Source of the DNA: an uncultured Clostridium sp.
GTDB taxonomy: Bacteria; Bacillota; Clostridia; TANB77; CAG-508
DNA length: 37,212 nt
Assembly (NCBI GenBank): GCA_964634355.1
Contig: CAZWIF010000003.1
Location: 3,871-41,082 of the forward strand
Direction: 5' to 3'
Shown: positions 7,978-18,240 of the stretch, piece after piece
How the letters are laid out: each line of letters begins with the position of its first letter
Position numbering within the stretch: the stretch's first letter is position 1
The notes under the pieces: model-generated
Databases searched by the model: none
Seen by the model: the letters and a program-made list of their open reading frames with translations, nothing else
What the model was told of the DNA's origin: nothing
Program-made: the position numbers and the translations under genes

Positions 7978-10611
7978 TTATCCTACACTACCTAATTCTT
8001 CTACTATATCTTTAACCTCTTTTTGTTCTTCTTCTGAAATATCTTCTCTTTTTTCTTCTTCCATCCATTTAATTAAATTTAAGTTTGTTGCATCTAATAG
8101 CATTGGATGTTTTGGCATAACCCTAAACGTATATCCATAATCTCCACCTGTTCTTAGTTCAATTTCTCCTGTGTATAGATTATCCTCTTTAATATTTCTT
8201 GTCATTGGGGAAATTTTTATATCATCTAAACTACCGTCTGGCATTATTCTCGCTGAATAAATCTCAACAGATATATTTTCCGGACTAATATTAGGTAATT
8301 CTACCATACAACTAACTTCTATCTTATTTCCTGCATCTATTGATATATCTTTTATATTATTCTTTTGCGTTATTTTTATTTTGTTCCATTCATTATTAGC
8401 AATACTTTTCCATTCATTATATCCAATTACATTTTCTAAGTTTTTATAATATTTATTATAAAGGTTACATAATGGCAAATATAATTTTTCTGTATACTCA
8501 ACTAGCATTCGTGATGTGCTATACATTCCTCCTGTAGACATTATTGAATTTTTCATCATTTGAACCCATTGATTTGAAAAATCTTCTTCAAATTGTCTAT
8601 CATAATACATTGGTATAATTTTATTCTCTAAAGTATTATAAATACTCTGGCTATCTGCATTATCTTGAGCATCATAAGATTCATACTCATCATTTGTTCC
8701 AATAATCCATCCATTTTTCCTATTATATCCTTCTACCCACCAGCCATCTAATATGCTAAAATTCACAACTCCATTTACTGACGCTTTTTGTCCACTAGTT
8801 CCTGATGCCTCCATTGGTCTTCTTGGATTATTTAACCAAACATCAACTCCACTTACTAAGTATCTTGCCATTTCAATATCATAATCTTCAAGTACGAAAA
8901 TTTTTCCTTTAAATTGTGGTTTCATAGATATCTCGTTTATTTGTCTAATTAATTCTTGCCCTTCTACATCATTTGGATGTGCTTTACCGGCAAAAATCAG
9001 TTGTACAGGCCTATCTTGGTTATTTAAGATTTCTGTAATTCTCTCTAAATCTCTAAAAATTAAGTTTGCTCTTTTGTATGTTGCAAATCTTCTAGCGAAA
9101 CCTATAGTTAAAGCATTTGGGTTAAGTTTTGATGTTATTTCTACTATTTGGTCATAAGAAGTTCCATTTCTTCTTAGCCTTTTTGTTACATTTTCTTTAA
9201 CTAGTTTTAATAATTTAACTTTTCTAGACATATGTGTTTCCCAAAGTTCTTCATTTGGTATGTTTTGAATTTTTGCCCAAGTTTCAGTTTCATACATTCT
9301 ATCCTGCCAATATGGAGATAAATATTCATTATAAAGTTCTTTCATTTTTGGTGCTAACCATGAGCAAGTATGGATTCCATTTGTAACATAAGTTATTGGT
9401 GATTCATTTGCTGCAATGTCTGGCCAAACGTCTCCAAACAATTCTCTTGATACCTCGCCATGAAGTTTACTAACTCCATTTTTCTTTCCTGCTATTTTTA
9501 GTGCCAAAATTCCCATATTAAATCCATTTTCAATTTGTTGATTTGGTGCAACACCTAATCTTAAGAATTCTTCTCTTTCAATTCCTAGTAATGTCCAAAA
9601 ATTTTTAAAATATTTGTCCATAAGCTCAATGTTAAATATATCATTTCCTGCTGGAACTGGTGTATGTGTTGTGAATACTGTTTGTGATGTAACAATATCC
9701 CTTGCTATTTTAAATGCTATTTTTTTATCCTCAATTAATTCTCTCATTAACTCCAATAGTAAGAAAGCTGAATGCCCTTCATTCATATGATAAACTGTAG
9801 GCTTTAATCCAAGTTCTCTTATTAACTTTGTTCCTGCAATACCTAAGACAATTTCTTGTCTAATTCTCATGTCTCTGTCTCCGCCATATAGCCTTTTTGT
9901 TATATCTTTCAAATCCTGGTCAACATTTTCTGGAATATCAGAATCCATTAAATATAATTTAACTCTTCCAATATTTATCTGCCATACTTTCAAAAATACT
10001 CTTTTTCTTTGTATCTTTTCCGAAATAATTAAATCATTTCCGTTATCATCCTTAACTGGCAATATAGGTAAGTTCTCTAAATCTATATCATTATAAACTG
10101 TCTCTTGTCTGCCTGTTGCATTTATTACTTGATGAAAATAGCCATTTTTATATAACAATCCTACACCTACTAGTGGAATTCCTAAATCGCTTGCTGCTTT
10201 CAAATGGTCACCAGATAAAATTCCAAGCCCTCCTGAATATATAGGCAAAATTTGATCTAAACCATATTCTGCTGAAAAATATGCAATTAAATCATCTTTA
10301 TTTTCTGGATATTTTTTATTAAACCAAGTTGTCTTACTATTCATATAGTTTTCAAAGTTTTCTACTATTTTGTCATATTCCTTCAAAAAGTTCGAATCTA
10401 TAGCTACTTGCTCTAACTTTTCTTGTGATACTAGCTTTAAGAACTTAACAGGATTTTTTCCTATTTGTTCCCATAAATCAATATCAATGTCTTTAAATAA
10501 TTTCAAAAAGTCAGTATTCCAAGACCACCAAAGATTGTTCGCTATTTCTAATAATTTATTAATCCTTCTTGGTAATTGAGGATTGACCGTAATCCTATTA
10601 AACATATACAT
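7978..10611 (-). CDS. glgP: Alpha-glucan (glycogen/maltodextrin) phosphorylase
   Basis: AYFSAEYG, YSGGLGILSGDHLK, HMNEGH, FTTHTPVPAG, ARRFATYKR, EASGTSGQK (PLP lysine), LDGWWVE. Confidence 0.95.
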   Translation of the reverse strand: MYMFNRITVNPQLPRRINKLLEIANNLWWSWNTDFLKLFKDIDIDLWEQIGKNPVKFLKLVSQEKLEQVAIDSNFLKEYDKIVENFENYMNSKTTWFNKKYPENKDDLIAYFSAEYGLDQILPIYSGGLGILSGDHLKAASDLGIPLVGVGLLYKNGYFHQVINATGRQETVYNDIDLENLPILPVKDDNGNDLIISEKIQRKRVFLKVWQINIGRVKLYLMDSDIPENVDQDLKDITKRLYGGDRDMRIRQEIVLGIAGTKLIRELGLKPTVYHMNEGHSAFLLLELMRELIEDKKIAFKIARDIVTSQTVFTTHTPVPAGNDIFNIELMDKYFKNFWTLLGIEREEFLRLGVAPNQQIENGFNMGILALKIAGKKNGVSKLHGEVSRELFGDVWPDIAANESPITYVTNGIHTCSWLAPKMKELYNEYLSPYWQDRMYETETWAKIQNIPNEELWETHMSRKVKLLKLVKENVTKRLRRNGTSYDQIVEITSKLNPNALTIGFARRFATYKRANLIFRDLERITEILNNQDRPVQLIFAGKAHPNDVEGQELIRQINEISMKPQFKGKIFVLEDYDIEMARYLVSGVDVWLNNPRRPMEASGTSGQKASVNGVVNFSILDGWWVEGYNRKNGWIIGTNDEYESYDAQDNADSQSIYNTLENKIIPMYYDRQFEEDFSNQWVQMMKNSIMSTGGMYSTSRMLVEYTEKLYLPLCNLYNKYYKNLENVIGYNEWKSIANNEWNKIKITQKNNIKDISIDAGNKIEVSCMVELPNISPENISVEIYSARIMPDGSLDDIKISPMTRNIKEDNLYTGEIELRTGGDYGYTFRVMPKHPMLLDATNLNLIKWMEEEKREDISEEEQKEVKDIVEELGSVG

Positions 10612-10664
10612 AAAAATATGTACCTCCTTTTGTACTTTTCCAAGTCCTTTGTTTTAATATATTT

Positions 10665-10693
10665 ATTATCCATTAAAATAGTGAAAATGTCAA
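10665..10693 (-). promoter_or_regulatory. Sigma-A promoter of glgP
   Basis: TTGACA-17 nt-GATAAT; SD AAAGGAGG at 10623-10630. Confidence 0.6.
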
Positions 10694-10732
10694 TTGTTTT
10701 TTATGAATTTTTAATTTTCTAATACATACATT

Positions 10733-10760
10733 GAAAGGGCACGGTACACCGTGCTCTTTC
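10733..10760. repeat. Palindromic repeat family A
   Basis: gaaagggcacggtacaccgtgctctttc downstream of sleB. Confidence 0.8.
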
Positions 10761-10767
10761 TTATAAT

Positions 10768-11457
10768 TTACTTACAGAATCTATGATTTCCTATTACTAC
10801 AGTCACTGGTCTAGACCATATCCATGCACTTGTTGCAGTATTTGGATTAAAATAATATATTGCTCCATATGTTGGATCCCAACCATTTAAAGCATCCTGC
10901 GCTGCCTTTATTGCTGTTGAATTAGGTGTCAGATTAATTTGTCCATCACTTACTACATCAAATGCTCCACTTTGATATATAACCCCTGATATTGTGTTGG
11001 GGAACGATGAGCTTGATACTCTGTTTAGAACAACTGCTGCAACCGCTACTTGTCCTGTATAACTTTCCCCTCTTGCTTCTGCATATACTAATCTGCTTAG
11101 TAAATTCAAGTTACTTGAGCTACTTGTTGAACTTGAACTACTAGTCGACGAACTTGTTATTCCCATTGCTGCTAATGTTTGTGTTCCCGCTATACCATCT
11201 TCTGTTAATCCATTAGTTCTTTGAAAATACTTTACAGCAGATAAAGTCTTGCTTCCAAATATTCCATCTACATTTCCAGTATAATATCCCCATCTTTTTA
11301 ATTTTGTTTGTATTTGACTTACCTCGCTTCCAGTTGAGCCATACCTTGATAATGCAATTACATTACTCTCAAATATAACACACACTATTAGGCTTGTAAG
11401 TACTAATATTATCGCTAAAAATAATCTTGATTTTATAATTTTTTTCATATATATCAC
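10768..11457 (-). CDS. sleB: Spore cortex-lytic enzyme SleB
   Basis: Signal peptide, PG-binding domain (GSTGSEV..DGIFG..DGIAG), Hydrolase_2 domain EARGESYTGQVAVAAVVLNRV...IGNHRF; true start may be the ATG at 11448. Confidence 0.93.
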   Translation of the reverse strand: MIYMKKIIKSRLFLAIILVLTSLIVCVIFESNVIALSRYGSTGSEVSQIQTKLKRWGYYTGNVDGIFGSKTLSAVKYFQRTNGLTEDGIAGTQTLAAMGITSSSTSSSSSTSSSSNLNLLSRLVYAEARGESYTGQVAVAAVVLNRVSSSSFPNTISGVIYQSGAFDVVSDGQINLTPNSTAIKAAQDALNGWDPTYGAIYYFNPNTATSAWIWSRPVTVVIGNHRFCK

Positions 11458-11514
11458 CCTTATTATCTTTTAAATTTTCTATTTTGTACACTGTACTACT
11501 ACCTAAGCACATAC

Positions 11515-11560
11515 AAAAATACCTTGCTTTAGAACTATTTTTTCCAAACAAGGTATTTTT
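11515..11560. promoter_or_regulatory. 12-bp inverted repeat overlapping a possible forespore (sigF/sigG-like) promoter of sleB
   Basis: aaaaataccttg...caaggtattttt; minus strand reads GAATA-14 nt-GGAAAAAATA. Confidence 0.35.
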
Positions 11561-11572
11561 ATTCATTTTAAA

Positions 11573-11597
11573 AGACAAAAACCCCGTCCCTTTGTCT
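11573..11597. repeat. Hairpin repeat family B, copy 2
   Basis: agacaaa-aaccccgtccc-tttgtct just after the fhs stop. Confidence 0.8.
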
Positions 11598-11602
11598 AAA
11601 AT

Positions 11603-13264
11603 TTAGAAAATTCCAACAACATCTCCATTTTCATTTATGTCTATTGATTCTGCTGCTGGTACTTTTGGTAGTCCTGGCATTGTCATTATTTTTCCTGTTA
11701 TGATTACAATAAATCCCGCTCCTGCTTTTAAGATTACATCTTGTACATGTATGTTGAATGGTTCTTTACATTCTAAATTATTTGCATCATCAGAGAATGA
11801 ATATTGTGTTTTTGCTATACATATTGGCAATTTGTCATATCCTATGCTTTCAATTTGTTTAATGCTATTTAGTGCTTCTTCTGAAAATTCAACATCTTGT
11901 GCCCCATAAACTTTGCATGCTACATCTTTTACTTTTTGTTCTATACTCTCATCTAATTCATACATATAGTTTAATTTTTTGTCTTCTTTGCATAATTTTA
12001 CTACTTTTTCTGCTAAGTCTTGTGCTCCTGCTCCTCCTTTTGCCCACGCTTCTACTAGACTCATTTCTACTCCCTTTTCTTTAAGAGTATTTTGTAATAA
12101 ACTTAATTCTTGTTCAGAATCATCTGTAAATCTGTTTATAGCAACTATTACATTTAATCCAAATTTATTTTTAATATTGTCAATATGTCTTAATAAATTA
12201 TTCATTCCATTCTTTAGAGCTTCTATATTTTCTTTCTTTATATCCTCTTTTGCGACTCCACCATGATATTTCAAAGCTTTTAATGTTGCAACACATACTA
12301 CTGCATTAGGTTTAATTCCTGCAATTCTGCATTTTATATCCATGAATTTCTCTGCACCTAAATCCGCACCAAATCCAGCTTCTGTGATAGTATAATCGGC
12401 CATTTTTAAAGCTAATTTTGTAGCTCTAATTGAATTGCATCCATGTGCAATATTTGCAAAAGGTCCACCATGTATTAATGCTGGCGTATGCTCCAATGTT
12501 TGAACTAAATTAGGTTTTATAGCGTCTTTTAACAAAACTGTTAATGCTCCCTCTGCTTTCAAATCTTTTGCAAAAATTGGTTTGTCCTCTTTATTATACC
12601 CTATAATTATATTTCCAATTCTTGTCCTTAAATCGTTTATGTCAGTTGCTAAACAAAGAATTGCCATAATTTCTGATGCAACTGTTATATCAAATCCATC
12701 TTCTCTTGGAACTACATTTTTTTCTCCAGATAAGCCACATTCAATTCTTCTTAATTGTCTGTCATTTAAATCAACACATCTCTTCCAAAGGATTTTTTTA
12801 AAACCTAATTCGTTTCCAAAATAAATATGATTGTCTATTAATGCTGCAAGTAAATTGTTAGCAGAAGTTATAGCATGAATATCTCCTGTAAAATGTAAAT
12901 TTATATCTTCCATTGGTGCAACTTGAACATATCCTCCTCCAGTGGCTCCTCCTTTAATTCCAAAGACAGGCCCTAAAGAAGGCTCTCTAAGTGCTAATAT
13001 AGACTTTTTTCCTATGTATGATAATCCATCTGCTAATCCTATTGAGATTGTCGTTTTCCCCTCTCCTAATGGTGTTGGATTAATTGCTGTTACTAAGATT
13101 AATTTCCCATTATCCTTATCTTTTACTTTTTCAAAAGCTTCTTCGCTAATTTTAGCTTTATACTTTCCATAAGTTTCCAAATTTTCTTCGCTAATCCCCA
13201 ATTTTTCAGCTATTTTTGCAATATTTAATAGTTCTGCATTTCTTGCAATTTCAATGTCAGTCAT
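11603..13264 (-). CDS. fhs: Formate--tetrahydrofolate ligase
   Basis: [68 protein letters not shown]. Confidence 0.97.
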   Translation of the reverse strand: MTDIEIARNAELLNIAKIAEKLGISEENLETYGKYKAKISEEAFEKVKDKDNGKLILVTAINPTPLGEGKTTISIGLADGLSYIGKKSILALREPSLGPVFGIKGGATGGGYVQVAPMEDINLHFTGDIHAITSANNLLAALIDNHIYFGNELGFKKILWKRCVDLNDRQLRRIECGLSGEKNVVPREDGFDITVASEIMAILCLATDINDLRTRIGNIIIGYNKEDKPIFAKDLKAEGALTVLLKDAIKPNLVQTLEHTPALIHGGPFANIAHGCNSIRATKLALKMADYTITEAGFGADLGAEKFMDIKCRIAGIKPNAVVCVATLKALKYHGGVAKEDIKKENIEALKNGMNNLLRHIDNIKNKFGLNVIVAINRFTDDSEQELSLLQNTLKEKGVEMSLVEAWAKGGAGAQDLAEKVVKLCKEDKKLNYMYELDESIEQKVKDVACKVYGAQDVEFSEEALNSIKQIESIGYDKLPICIAKTQYSFSDDANNLECKEPFNIHVQDVILKAGAGFIVIITGKIMTMPGLPKVPAAESIDINENGDVVGIF

Positions 13265-13299
13265 AATTCATTTCCTCCTTAATAATTTTAAAATATTAT

Positions 13300-13331
13300 A
13301 AAAATCGGGCAATCCCATCAAGAATTGCCCA
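13300..13331 (-). terminator. Riboswitch-controlled intrinsic terminator upstream of fhs
   Basis: TGGGCAATT-cttgatgg-GATTGCCCG then ATTTTT; the 5' arm overlaps the aptamer 3' end. Confidence 0.8.
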
Positions 13332-13396
13332 GGCGTTCGACTTTTATTTTAGTTAACTTACACTGTGTTAATTCACATTTACGCCAGTAAGTTAAT
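13325..13396 (-). ncRNA. ZMP/ZTP (pfl) riboswitch aptamer
   Basis: Minus strand TTAACTTAC-TGGCG-taaat-GTG..CAC-agt-GTAAGTTAA (P1/P2), A-rich linker, GTCGAACGCCTGGGCA 3' element (GGCG/CGCC pseudoknot); lies before a one-carbon gene. Confidence 0.88.
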
Positions 13397-13404
13397 TATA
13401 TTTT

Positions 13405-13845
13405 TTATTCTGTAGTTGTTGCTTCTACTTTTCCTTTATATTCTGAATTTCCAAAACCTAATATACATATGAAGATTGGTTGTAAGAAGAATAATCCGAC
13501 TGCAAAACCTCCGCCATGTCCATAAGATTTTGATAGATTTACCACAAAGTAAATATTCAATATTAATACTATTAACCAGCCTATAACTGGAATCCAAGAT
13601 AACAAATAGCAAAGTATTAACCAAGGTGATATTCCAGCAATTTTATATAAGGTTACTAGATTATAAATTGGAATAATACATTTCCATCCAGCCTGACCTG
13701 CTTTTGTAAAGGTCTTCCACAAACCTATTAGTTCAACAACAAGTATTACTAACATTATTAAACTATATGTGGCAAGAAATCCTGCCAAACCATTAACAAT
13801 TGCTGCATCTGATGCAGATGCTCCATAATATGAGTAATCGTACAT
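13405..13845 (-). CDS. DUF5684-like membrane protein
   Basis: WKTFTKAGQAGWKCIIPIYN, SKSYGHGGGFAVGLFFL..IF..ILGFG..EY; SD AAGGGG before ATG 13845. Confidence 0.8.
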   Translation of the reverse strand: MYDYSYYGASASDAAIVNGLAGFLATYSLIMLVILVVELIGLWKTFTKAGQAGWKCIIPIYNLVTLYKIAGISPWLILCYLLSWIPVIGWLIVLILNIYFVVNLSKSYGHGGGFAVGLFFLQPIFICILGFGNSEYKGKVEATTTE

Positions 13846-13886
13846 AAAAAATTTCCCCTTTCTCTTTTGTGATTTCATTAATCACT

Positions 13887-13924
13887 TTCGACATAATTTT
13901 ACATATAAAAATGATTTTTGTCAA
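13887..13924 (-). promoter_or_regulatory. Sigma-A promoter with a perfect Spo0A box at the predicted start site
   Basis: TTGACA(13924-13919)-17 nt-TAAAAT(13901-13896) followed by TGTCGAA (13893-13887). Confidence 0.6.
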
Positions 13925-13931
13925 TACCTCT

Positions 13932-14372
13932 TTATAATAATACTCCTGCAATTATACCAATTATTGCTCCAACAAATACTTGAATTGGAGTATGTCCTAA
14001 TACTTCTACCAATTTTTCTTGAACTTCCAATCCTGAAAGTCCCGGAGTGTTAACTATCTTATTCAATAATTTTGCTTGCTTTCCTGCTGCTCTTCTAATT
14101 CCTGCAGCATCATACATAACCACGCATGCAAAAATTAGTGATAAAGCAAATATAGGTGAATCAAATCCTTCATTTTTTCCAATTAATGTTGCAAGAGAAG
14201 TCACAACTGCTGAATGTGAGCTTGGCATTCCTCCTGCTCCTAATATTCTTTTAAAATTGAATTGTTTTGTAGTAACTAAATCCCATATAACTTTGAAGGT
14301 TTGAATTAAAAACCACAATAATACTGGTATCCATATATATATATTACTAAATATTTGACTTATCCCTTCCAT
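13932..14372 (-). CDS. Divergent PAP2 family protein (DUF212)
   Basis: GGMPSSHSA, VMYDAAGIRRAAGKQA, EVLGHTPIQV. Confidence 0.92.
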   Translation of the reverse strand: MEGISQIFSNIYIWIPVLLWFLIQTFKVIWDLVTTKQFNFKRILGAGGMPSSHSAVVTSLATLIGKNEGFDSPIFALSLIFACVVMYDAAGIRRAAGKQAKLLNKIVNTPGLSGLEVQEKLVEVLGHTPIQVFVGAIIGIIAGVLL

Positions 14373-14459
14373 CTTTTATTTCATTCCCCCTCTAAGTAAA
14401 TGTCTTACTAAAAAATATCTTTTGCGTACAATCAGTACTAGTCCCTATACCTTCAATCT

Positions 14460-14681
14460 CTATACATCATAATTTTCCTCTTTTAAATTTCCTTCATCAT
14501 TTACCAAAATCATTATTTTCTTTTCTGCTTCATCTAATATTTTTGTACATTCTTTAGATATCTTCATTCCTTCCTCAAACTTTTTCATACTTTCATCCAA
14601 ATTTAATTGTCCATTTTCTAATAATTTTGCTATTTCTTCTAACTCCTCTATCTTTTCTTCAAATTTCTTATTTTCTGCCAT
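14460..14681 (-). CDS. xseB: Exodeoxyribonuclease VII small subunit
   Basis: FEEKIEELEEIAKLLE.G.LNLDESMKKFEEG...L.EAEKKI; next to xseA. Confidence 0.93.
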   Translation of the reverse strand: MAENKKFEEKIEELEEIAKLLENGQLNLDESMKKFEEGMKISKECTKILDEAEKKIMILVNDEGNLKEENYDV

Positions 14682-14791
14682 TCTAGTCACTTCCTTTTCT
14701 CTTTCTTTTTTACACTATCTACTCTAGTATTAACAATGATTAGAGGTCTAATTTATATATCAGGTTACTCAAGAGCGTTCCCCCTATATTT

Positions 14792-15988
14792 TTAAATTAC
14801 TTTTGCCTCTTTAATTCCATCTTGAAATCTTAAATCTATTATATCATCACTTTTTAACTCATTTACTGTATTTATTATTTTGCCATTATCTAAACTTGCA
14901 ATACAATATCCTCTTGTTAATGTTTTTAAAGGGCTTAAAGTATCTAATTTAGAAATTAATGCAACAGCTTCATTTTTGCTTTTGTTTATTTTTTTAGTTA
15001 TTTCCATATGAAGTTTTTGATTAATTCCATCTATTTTCATATATCTTTCGTTTATCTTTTGTAATGGATCTGAAAAAGCTCTACTTTTCATACACTTTTC
15101 ATATCTTAATCGTATTAATTCCATCTTCTTTTTAAGAGCTAATTTATATCTTTTTTGATATTCCATAATTTTTTCATATATATCATCTATTTCTGGAACT
15201 GCTAATTCTGCTGCTGCAGATGGTGTTGGTGCCCTTAAATCCGCAACAAAATCTGCTATAGTAAAGTCAGTCTCATGTCCAACAGATGATATTATTGGTA
15301 ACTCAGAATTATATATTGCTCTAGCAACCACTTCTTCATTAAAAGGCCATAAATCTTCTAGTGTTCCTCCTCCTCTAGCTATTATCAGAACATCCGCTAT
15401 CATATTCTCATTTGCAATCTGTATTGCTTTTGCAATTTTTTCTCCTGCACCTTCTCCTTGTACTGGAACAGGTAAAATTCTAATATAAACATTAGGATTT
15501 CTCCTTGTTGAAACATTTATAATATCTCTTATTACAGCTCCTGTTTGAGATGTTAATACACCTATAATTTTAGGCATATATGGTATTTTTTTCTTATGTG
15601 ATTGTTCAAATAGACCTTCTTTTTCTAATTTATCCTTTAACTCGTTATATTTTGTATATAAATCTCCAAGCCCATCTTCTTGCATTGCCTTACAATAAAT
15701 TTGGTATACTCCATCTCTCTCAAATACTGACACTGTTCCTAATATTCTAACCTTCATACCATCTTTGGGTACAAAATTCAAGTGAGAAGTATTTGATTTA
15801 AACATTATACATTTTACAAGTGAATTTTCATCTTTAAGTGTAAAATACATATGTCCTGTATAGTGATGCTTGAAATTTGAAATCTCACCTTTAACCAAGA
15901 CATTATTTAAATACTCATCACTATCTATTTTGCTCTTTATATACTGGTTTAACTTAGTAACTGTTATTGCTTCATACTTCATTTTCAA
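14792..15988 (-). CDS. xseA: Exodeoxyribonuclease VII large subunit
   Basis: GEISNF...GHMYFTLKD, ARGGGTLEDLW, VGHETDFTIADFVADLRAPTPSAAAE, LSPLKTLTRGY. Confidence 0.97.
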   Translation of the reverse strand: MKMKYEAITVTKLNQYIKSKIDSDEYLNNVLVKGEISNFKHHYTGHMYFTLKDENSLVKCIMFKSNTSHLNFVPKDGMKVRILGTVSVFERDGVYQIYCKAMQEDGLGDLYTKYNELKDKLEKEGLFEQSHKKKIPYMPKIIGVLTSQTGAVIRDIINVSTRRNPNVYIRILPVPVQGEGAGEKIAKAIQIANENMIADVLIIARGGGTLEDLWPFNEEVVARAIYNSELPIISSVGHETDFTIADFVADLRAPTPSAAAELAVPEIDDIYEKIMEYQKRYKLALKKKMELIRLRYEKCMKSRAFSDPLQKINERYMKIDGINQKLHMEITKKINKSKNEAVALISKLDTLSPLKTLTRGYCIASLDNGKIINTVNELKSDDIIDLRFQDGIKEAKVI

Positions 15989-16007
15989 TCTCCACGTTTT
16001 ATTTTTT

Positions 16008-16033
16008 TAGGGCACATGCAATGTGCCCCTACA
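16008..16033. repeat. Palindromic repeat family A
   Basis: tagggcacatgcaatgtgcccctaca between nusB and xseA. Confidence 0.85.
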
Positions 16034-16102
16034 TTTTACTTTCTATTTTTTAGTTGCCTCTTTCTTTTTAACTCATGCTATTAAAGTTAACAATTATTTC
16101 AC

Positions 16103-16501
16103 TTATTCAGCTACCACACTTGCTAGTATTCCATTAACAAAAACTTTTGAATTATCATCTCCATACGTTTTTGCCAATTCTACTGCTTCATTAATAGCAA
16201 CTTTAAATGGAATATCGGTATATTTTATTTCATATATTGCTAATTTTAAAATTACCAAATCAATTTTTGAAATTCTCTCAATTGTCCATTTAGCTGCTAA
16301 TTTTTTTGAGATTACTGCTATAATATTCTCATTTTCTCTTTCAATTCCATGTATTGTATTTCTAACATATTCTATATCCTGAATGTCTATTATTGAATTT
16401 TCTTCTATATATGAATTAATTTGATCTTCTAAATTGTCCTTATAGAATTCCAAGCTATATAATAATTTAAAGGTTTCCTCTCTTAATTTTGACCTATTCA
16501 T
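16103..16501 (-). CDS. nusB: Transcription antitermination factor NusB
   Basis: [36 protein letters not shown]...FVNGIL. Confidence 0.95.
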   Translation of the reverse strand: MNRSKLREETFKLLYSLEFYKDNLEDQINSYIEENSIIDIQDIEYVRNTIHGIERENENIIAVISKKLAAKWTIERISKIDLVILKLAIYEIKYTDIPFKVAINEAVELAKTYGDDNSKVFVNGILASVVAE

Positions 16502-16515
16502 TGCTCTATCCCTTT

Positions 16516-17112
16516 CTACTCTTCCTCTTCGTTAACTTCAACCACTTTTTCTGGAATAGTTATGATATTCTTTATTTTGATATTTATTTCATTTACTTCT
16601 AAATCAGTAGCTTCTTTAATAACCTCTTTAATCCTCTTTTGTAGGTTTTCATTTAATTCTTTTATTACTGTATTTTGTAATATTTGTAGTTCTACTAAAA
16701 TAGCAATATTATTCTTGTTATCTATAAACACTTTGGTTTTAGAATCTTGAATGTTAGCAAAATTTCTAACTACACTATTAGCAAGTCTTTCTATGGTATC
16801 TCTTGAAATCAAAAGTTTTCCGTCTTCATTTTCAATTAAAACTCCATCACCCATTTTATCTTGTTTTTTCGTTGTTGGAGTTTCTTTTTCATTTGGACTC
16901 CTGAATAGCATTGCTTTAATTGATAGTATAATAAATATTATACTTATTCCAAATACTACATTATATGCCACACTGTTATTTAACATATCTGTTATAATGT
17001 ATACTATTGTTTCAATTTTCGCCCATCCAAATACTAATAATATCGCAATTATTGATTCAATTAATATGATTAATGAATAGATATTCAATGTTAATTTTTC
17101 TATAAATTTCAT
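16516..17112 (-). CDS. amaP: Alkaline shock response membrane anchor protein AmaP-like
   Basis: Two N-terminal TM helices, [10 protein letters not shown] motif, Asp23-like C-terminus; lies between asp23 and nusB. Confidence 0.75.
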   Translation of the reverse strand: MKFIEKLTLNIYSLIILIESIIAILLVFGWAKIETIVYIITDMLNNSVAYNVVFGISIIFIILSIKAMLFRSPNEKETPTTKKQDKMGDGVLIENEDGKLLISRDTIERLANSVVRNFANIQDSKTKVFIDNKNNIAILVELQILQNTVIKELNENLQKRIKEVIKEATDLEVNEINIKIKNIITIPEKVVEVNEEEE

Positions 17113-17114
17113 AC

Positions 17115-17558
17115 TTATTCTTCTTCCTTTTCTACATTTTCATTATTTTCTTCTATGTTAGTATTTCTATCTAAAGGTGTTTGTACTCCTTGTACATGTA
17201 CATTTACTGAAACAACCTCTAGTCCTGTCATTTCTTTAACTGATTTTTTTACTCTACTTTGTATTTCATATGCAACATCTGGAATTCTTGAACCATATTC
17301 AACAATTATATTTACATCTATTTTAGTTTCTTTATCTCCAACTTCAACTTTTATTCCTTTTGCAAGGTTCTTTTTTCCACTAAGTGCCTCTGTTATTCCT
17401 CCAGCAAATCCTTTTGCCATTCCAGCTACTCCTTGTACATCTGAAACTGCAATACCTGCAATTACGGCAACCACTTCATCTGATATTTCCACTCCTGTAT
17501 CATTGTTTTCTTCTACTTCATCTATTATTTCTTCATTGATATTTTCTTCGTTTTCCAT
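17115..17558 (-). CDS. Asp23/Gls24 family envelope stress protein
   Basis: ISDEVVAVIAGIA..V.GV, KGIKVEV, EYGSRIPDVA..IQ..VK..V..MTGL.V..VNVHVQGV; SD GAGGAGG before ATG 17558. Confidence 0.92.
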   Translation of the reverse strand: MENEENINEEIIDEVEENNDTGVEISDEVVAVIAGIAVSDVQGVAGMAKGFAGGITEALSGKKNLAKGIKVEVGDKETKIDVNIIVEYGSRIPDVAYEIQSRVKKSVKEMTGLEVVSVNVHVQGVQTPLDRNTNIEENNENVEKEEE

Positions 17559-17687
17559 ATCTTTTTCCTCCTCAAAACTTATTTTATGCATATCCTTGTT
17601 TTAATATAAGATAGCATTTACTATATAAGTATATCAATTTATATCACATTTTACAACTATTTTTGTTAAATTTTTCAGTTTTTATTG

Positions 17688-17787
17688 ATGAGACAAGGGA
17701 CGGGGTTTTTGTCTTGCAACTTTCAGCCGGATTAGCATAAACAAAGCTTCAAACCCGCAAAACAAAAACCCCGTCCCCTTGTTTCAT
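17688..17787. repeat. Inverted doublet of family B hairpins (REPIN/MITE-like, about 100 bp)
   Basis: atgagacaagggacggggtttttgtcttgc ... gcaaaacaaaaaccccgtccccttgtttcat: about 30-bp imperfect inverted arms around a 39-bp spacer. Confidence 0.8.
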
Positions 17788-17791
17788 TTTA

Positions 17792-18040
17792 TTACGCAAT
17801 ATAGAAAATAGAAGATACTACTGTCAATATTGCAAACGCTACTGCCAATATTATCGTCCATTTTTTCATTCTTCCTTCTCTTGTCTTTCCCTTATTTTGA
17901 TTATAAAAGTTATTTGATGATGAACCTGTAATTGTTGATGAGGCTCCTGAATCATCTTTATTCTGAACTATTGTTAATATAATTAATGCTAAACATATTA
18001 CTGCATATATTCCTAAAGTTAGATATTTTAATACTATCAT
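17792..18040 (-). CDS. secG: Preprotein translocase subunit SecG
   Basis: Two TM helices flanking Q..DDSGASSTITG; K.WT.ILA pattern; 82 aa. Confidence 0.85.
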   Translation of the reverse strand: MIVLKYLTLGIYAVICLALIILTIVQNKDDSGASSTITGSSSNNFYNQNKGKTREGRMKKWTIILAVAFAILTVVSSIFYIA

Positions 18041-18119
18041 AACTAATACACCCTTTCCTATTCTATAAAGTTTTCTTTGGTCGTAAAAAAATATTTTCTC
18101 TCACTTTTGTTACTTTGAT

Positions 18120-18148
18120 ATTCTAACATACTTTTTCATAAAATGCAA
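18120..18148 (-). promoter_or_regulatory. Sigma-A promoter of secG (divergent from rpmB)
   Basis: TTGCAT-17 nt-TAGAAT with extended TG. Confidence 0.5.
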
Positions 18149-18240
18149 ACTTTTTTTTCAAAAGTCTTGTATTTTTTTTATTTTTATGTTAGACTATTAT
18201 TTAGTCAGTTTATTTTACAATTATTGGAGGTGCAATTTAA

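Noticed and set aside
11369-11578. 69-aa minus-strand ORF upstream of sleB
   Set aside because: Overlaps the sleB start out of frame, spans promoter and repeat sequence, and has no SD.
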